This document shows positions 59,310 through 64,000 of a stretch of 64,000 bases of DNA, in pieces. Made by a program: the position numbers and the translations under genes. Origin of the DNA: Utricularia gibba (Eukaryota; Plantae; Magnoliophyta); contig NEEC01000028.1 of NCBI GenBank assembly GCA_002189035.1, forward strand, positions 186,001-250,000, read 5' to 3'. The notes under the pieces were generated by a model. That model was given only the letters and a program-made list of their open reading frames with translations, was not told the origin of the DNA and made no database searches. Numbering within the stretch: position 1 is the stretch's first letter; each line of letters opens with the position of its first letter.

Positions 59310-61625
59310 GGGCGACCGTCCGTTAAACTACCAAAAAAACAAGGGAGCAATGTGATCATGACATTGTAGGTGCTTGCGATGGGGCGGATGCGACTTCCCT
59401 CAGTTGGTTTGGGTGGCATAGCCCGTTGCAGAAGCCCCCCCTTTATCCATTTCTTTACTCTTTTCTTTAGGGAGCGGAGCCAAAGCTTTACTTTTTTTAC
59501 CAAACTAATAAAAGCTCGCGCTAGGCGCTTACCTTTTTAGGCTGAGCCGTATCTTGGGAACGATAGAAAGAAAGTACGGGGGCGGATGATACTTCTCGAC
59601 CCTGTCTCCGAGGGACAGTTGAACGAGCTACTCATGAATGCTGCCGGGTTGGACGAGCCAATAACTCGAACGCGTTTGGTCTTTTTTTTTAGCAAGAATC
59701 ACAGCCTTACCTTATCTGAACCATGATACGGACTCCAAGTTCTTATGGCAGAGCACGAGGATGGATGAAATGAAATATTCTGATGGGAATGGAAACCAGA
59801 AGCACGACTGGGGTCTTCGTGGTCCAAATAATAAAACCTTCAGTAAGAGTAACGTAAGCATGAGACTTTTTGGTAGTACCGGTGAACCAGATGGCCGCGG
59901 CGATGGAATCTGGGACGGAGGACTTGTAGTATCTCTCTAGATCTGGCAAAAGCGAAAGAACCCCTAACCTTCCCTACCTCTCACTTCGTTCGAGCCCTTC
60001 ACACTACCGCAAACGAACTCCGGTCGAGATCTTGAAACCGTAGGCCGGAATGCGGTAGGTTTGAATGCGGGAGTGTGAAAGAGCACCTTTTTTTTGATTC
60101 AATACAATAGGGTAAAAGATCGTACAGTTCCCTACTGAGACAAACTAGAAAAGGGATCTTCGGCGCGCTGGGCTGGGCATACCTCTTGCGTCTTTCTCGT
60201 GGCGGGAACAGAACAACAGGGAACGCTGCGCTCGAGGGCGAGCTTTTGAGAGAATGGGTCGATGAAATTGAGAAAGGCTTCCGTTTTCGTTCTAGGTTTG
60301 GGCAAAGAAGCACCTCTCGATCTTTTTCGTAGTTGAGTTGGGGGAAGGAGTCTAAATCAATGAACATGTTTGAACCATCATTGATGGACGTTGCACATGA
60401 CACGATCAATTCGACTCGAGGTCCGGCGCTAATAGAAGTTGCTTACTTTCCTAGTAGCGAAGGAAAAGGGCAGAGCTTTTTTCGTAGTAATTGCGGGCGG
60501 GCCGTGCCTGACCGGAAGATCTCCATTTCATCGACCCGTAATTCAATGAAGCGAGTCAAAGAACAGAGAACGAGATGAAACGAGTGTAACGATAGTGAAA
60601 CGAGTAACAAAAGAAAGAACAACGTGTAGTCGAGTAGAAAGAATGTAAAGGAAAAAAATGGAGCGAGTTGAGTTGAACGAAAGCCCTACCCACAGCTACA
60701 ACTACTGGCGCTTCAAAAGGCGACGATGGCGCTACTAAAAGCCCTTTTATAGGTCGTCTAATCGTTTAAGGTAGGTGTAAGACCTGAAAGCCTTTGGATG
60801 GATGTTCGAAGACCTCTCCCTATCGCCTACGGTTTCAAGATTTCGACCGGAATGCGGGAGTGTGAAAGAGCAGCCCAACAACAAAAAAAGTGGAACCCTT
60901 CCCCTATTTTTTTTAGGCATTTCATTCGGCCCACTTCAAAGAAAATGAGAAAAAGGGGTCGGTCAATAGCACATCTCTTTCTTTCCCCGGTCTCCTTTCG
61001 GAGGAGAGGCGCTAACTGCCCTAATCCGGTAGGGTCGGACTTGTTTGCCCCAGCTTGGCAAATCGCATCCCCGCACAAGCGCCCCAACCCATTATTCCTT
61101 AGTGTTTCAACGGCAGGGAAGGCAGTCGTAGAAGCAAAGCCTATCGCCACGCCGACCATCAAATACGAGATTGGGCTCCTTCTCAAAGATTTTATGGAAT
61201 GGCCCAGCCCAAAAAAGGAAAGTGTTAGTACGCGATGCGTTCCATTTGTACGAATCGCGAACATACCACGCACGACCGGACGTAGACCCACGTCGAGCTG
61301 GCAGACCTGGTCGGGCGCAGGCCGTGTTGGATGCGAAAAGTCGAGTCTCGGATCAGCCTAGTGCACCAACCACGTGGTACGACGGGCACCCAAAGACCTG
61401 GCGAATGATGGCCCACTCCACCCAAGAGCGCTTATGTTATAGGGTAACTCATGGCAATATTCAACGCGCCTTATGGTTTGTTTTGCTATCCGGCAGGAAT
61501 AAAAATAAAAAGTCCAGATTGGTTGGTGAGCCTAGTGATAGGAGACTATCTAGCTTGGTTCGGAGAGCACGGTGAAAGATTTTTTGCTAAATGTTACGGC
61601 CTAAATGCTGAACTATTGACCCTAC
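59310..61625 (+). other. nad4 group II intron 3
   Basis: GGGCG start; domain V-like GAGCCTAGTGATAGGAGACTATCTAGCTTGGTTC near 61530; ends CCCTAC. Confidence 0.88.
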
Positions 61626-61714
61626 TTGTTTGGATGGGTGTTCACCCCAAAGTGTTCCCGGACTGCATGCATACATCCGTAAGTAACTTAGTGCAACATG
61701 GCAAATGGAATTGA
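61626..61714 (+). CDS. nad4: nad4 exon 4
   Basis: VWMGVHPKVFPDCMHTSVSNLVQHGKWN*; 89 nt. The four exons total 1479 nt. Confidence 0.93.
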
Positions 61715-61961
61715 GAGGAATCAGCAAAGAAAAGAAAAATAGGTCAATAACATCAACATGTATTTTGAGAGATTGTCCTGGGGCTGAGGAGTGTGAATCT
61801 TTTTTTAGCCAAGAGCTTGACCGGGAGCATATAGTGCAAAGCGCCTTTTCGGAAAAGTCCAGTTCAAGACAAAGGAAGGGAAAAGCCCAGCCCAAGGCCT
61901 TTGCTGGATGAGCCTATGAACTTCAGATTCCAATTCCTCCATGAGAACTAAGAAGACGGCT

Positions 61962-62165
61962 AGACCGAAAGGGAGAGGGACCCATTGAAGGCCAGAGGCC
62001 GGAATGCGGTAGGAAAGAAGGCCGGAGGTTTGAAGAAGCTCTTTAGTTAGGGACCGGCCTACGGTTTCAAGATCTCGACCGTTTGCGGGAATTCGTTTGC
62101 GGGAGTTTTTCGGGCTCGACCGTGGGGTTGGGAAGCGGTAGGTTTGAATGCGGTAGTGTGAAAGG
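61962..62165 (+). repeat. Large family-1 word cluster downstream of nad4
   Basis: CCATTGAAGGCCAGAGGCCGGAATGCGGTAGG, TTTCAAGATCTCGACCG and GAATGCGGTAGTGTGAA words. Confidence 0.85.
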
Positions 62166-62559
62166 GCAATCTCTTGCATTAGACACAGTCCAGCCATTCT
62201 GCGGCTAGGAGGAAGGTGCCCCATTTTTCTGTTGCTGAAAGACCGCTACCACTTCACTTATGTTGATGCTCAATGAAATGTTGAGAAGAGGACATCTCCT
62301 AACTGTGGTAATTGCCGCGTAATAGGATGTGTTGATAATAGAGTCTTTTGCCACCTTATACCGTAGTCGTTGATGTAGCCCCAAGCCCCTCTTCTCTCTA
62401 GCCTTAGATTTTTTGATAGAGACCGATCCGCTTTTGTTGGCAAGTTCGGAATCTGGCTTTTAGGGGTGGACCTTCAAAATTCTCCTTTTCCATTGGTCAT
62501 TATCTAATCTGTTAGTGATCCTGTCTGTCCCATTTCAGGGATAGGCCTTACTAATCAGT

Positions 62560-62830
62560 GTAACGACGTGGTGGTGTACGTAGAACATAGGTGCCTGGGA
62601 CACGGTACCACTGTCTCTTGCGATTGGAGGTAGAGACCTCCGAGATCCGAGCTTTCGTTGAGTGGGAACTCGAATTCAACAGTCGAAATGGCTTAGCTGC
62701 AGGGAAACCCTCACATGCTAGAATTACAGTCGACAAAAAATACAACAACCTCTTTTGTAATGGAATCGGTTCTCTATCCTTTTTTAAAAGTCATTCGATT
62801 TTTTTTTCATCTCCAGGTGATGACCGGTCC
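62560..62830 (-). mobile_element. Possible Mutator (MuDR) SWIM-finger remnant
   Basis: VVFFVDCNSSM*GFPCS*AISTV resembles the SWIM motif VDL...C.C...GIPC.HAIA; weak. Confidence 0.3.
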
Positions 62831-63689
62831 TTCCCTTACCTCCCTGTTGGGATATCGAGCGCCATGGGAAAGTCCTTCGACTCTCTTATTTCTTTCACTC
62901 TTCGCTAATTGCAGTGTAAAAAAAGACTAGGATTATTCGCCTTGTTCATTCCCAGGGTTGTTTTCTCTTATCAAGGGACCGTGTTTAAATACCATGAGAC
63001 TGGACCGGGTTGACTGCAAAGTAACAAGTCGAAAATCCTTCCACCGAGCCCGCCCGGCGATTGAGGGACTAGATATCTTCCGGAGAAGATCGACAAAATA
63101 AAGTCTTTCTCTGTGTCTTTAACTGTCGAAAGAGGAAGAGAGAAAAGGACTAGAGTTCTCTCTGTCCCTCGGAGCTTGAAATGGAGATTCTAACTGGTAG
63201 TACGACCTGGGGAGTCGTAGATTTTTGGGAAGAGGGTCTCATCACACGGAAAAGATATTAGATAGCGTTGATGTATCTATCCGCAGTAGGACTTAAACAG
63301 TCGTCGAGGACACTAGCGGCACCTACGGGTCCCTATTTGAATTCCGTTTTTCGTAAACCATTCGCCCTCTCCCTTTCGGTCGAGCACTTCGTTCCTTCCC
63401 CTCTTTCTTTGAATTCGAGTGGGGACTCTATAAAGTACTCTAAAGGGTATCCACCTCTTACGAAAAGACAAGTTTCCGGTAGAAGAACTCCTTGAAGAGT
63501 TACACGGTGCAAAATACTTCTCCAAGCTCGATTGTTGAGCCGGGTACCACCAAGTCAGGATGAGCAATTAGTCGCATTGACGAATCAATACATTCGAGAG
63601 GACGATTTGAACCGCATTGGGGATTTGGGGTTAGGAGGAGGCAAGGATACTATTGTGCAATAAAAACCCCACAAGAAGCTGGAATGGAT

Positions 63690-64000
63690 TGAGCAATTAC
63701 CTCCGCCGATGAAGTATCCGTAGAATGCGACTAAAAGGAGCAATCGAGATTGGGGGATAAATCATGAACAAAGGCAGTCCATCCGAAAACCTTGGGAGGA
63801 AGTGAGAATAACTGGGACTGGGGTAACAACCGACGAAGAGGGACAGGGAACGATTGATGAGAAAAGAAGCTGTAAGGACAGCATCAGACAGACCAAAAGT
63901 AACGAGGAACGTGCATTTGTATCATGAGTGCACGTGCTACATCAAGAAGATGACGATGCTTACGCTCAGCGACACCATTTTGTTGAGAGGTGTAAGGATG
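63690..64000 (-). mobile_element. Ty1-copia integrase core fragment (continues beyond the window)
   Basis: PYTSQQNGVAERKHRHLLDVARALMIQMHVPRYFW, DAVLTASFLINR, VFG.TAFVHD. Confidence 0.9.

Noticed and set aside
60798-61575. 134-187 aa ORFs in nad4 intron 3 as a maturase
   Set aside because: No RT or domain X motifs; overlapping frames on both strands in GC-rich intron sequence.
638-63400. Short repeats interspersed with unique DNA as a CRISPR array
   Set aside because: Units vary in order and length, spacing is irregular and kb-scale, there are no cas genes, and the context is a plant organelle.

Overview
This is a fragment of a flowering-plant (probably eudicot) mitochondrial genome, not prokaryotic DNA; I see no CRISPR array. 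Core mitochondrial genes: rps10 (2 exons), cob, atp6, atp8, cox3, sdh4, nad9, nad4 (4 exons, 3 cis-spliced group II introns) and rrn5. It also has native tRNAs (G, F, S, E, I, Q) and plastid-derived tRNAs (M, W, H, N, plus a damaged P). Genomic codons show the usual need for C-to-U editing. Foreign DNA: a ~4.6 kb plastid insert (ycf1-trnN), many Ty1-copia, Ty3-gypsy and LINE fragments, two different endogenized mitovirus RdRp pieces, and an intronless nuclear Ca2+-ATPase (ACA8/9/10-type) copy. Most interesting: (1) an intact 182-codon chimeric, CMS-like membrane ORF assembled from an atp8 leader, a cox2 leader box, cox2 TM1, a novel domain and the rpl16 3' end. (2) A modular short-repeat 'grammar': about 35-40 clusters of reshuffled 10-30 bp words rich in palindromic cores. 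Neighbouring clusters often share exact strings as perfect inverted or direct repeats that bracket genes or foreign blocks, and several sit at apparent rearrangement breakpoints. (3) rrn5 lacks an adjacent rrn18 and sits where trnP normally follows trnS-trnF. All alignments, counts and coordinates were read by eye. Gene and tRNA ends should be accurate to a few nt; transposon and virus fragment ends are approximate.
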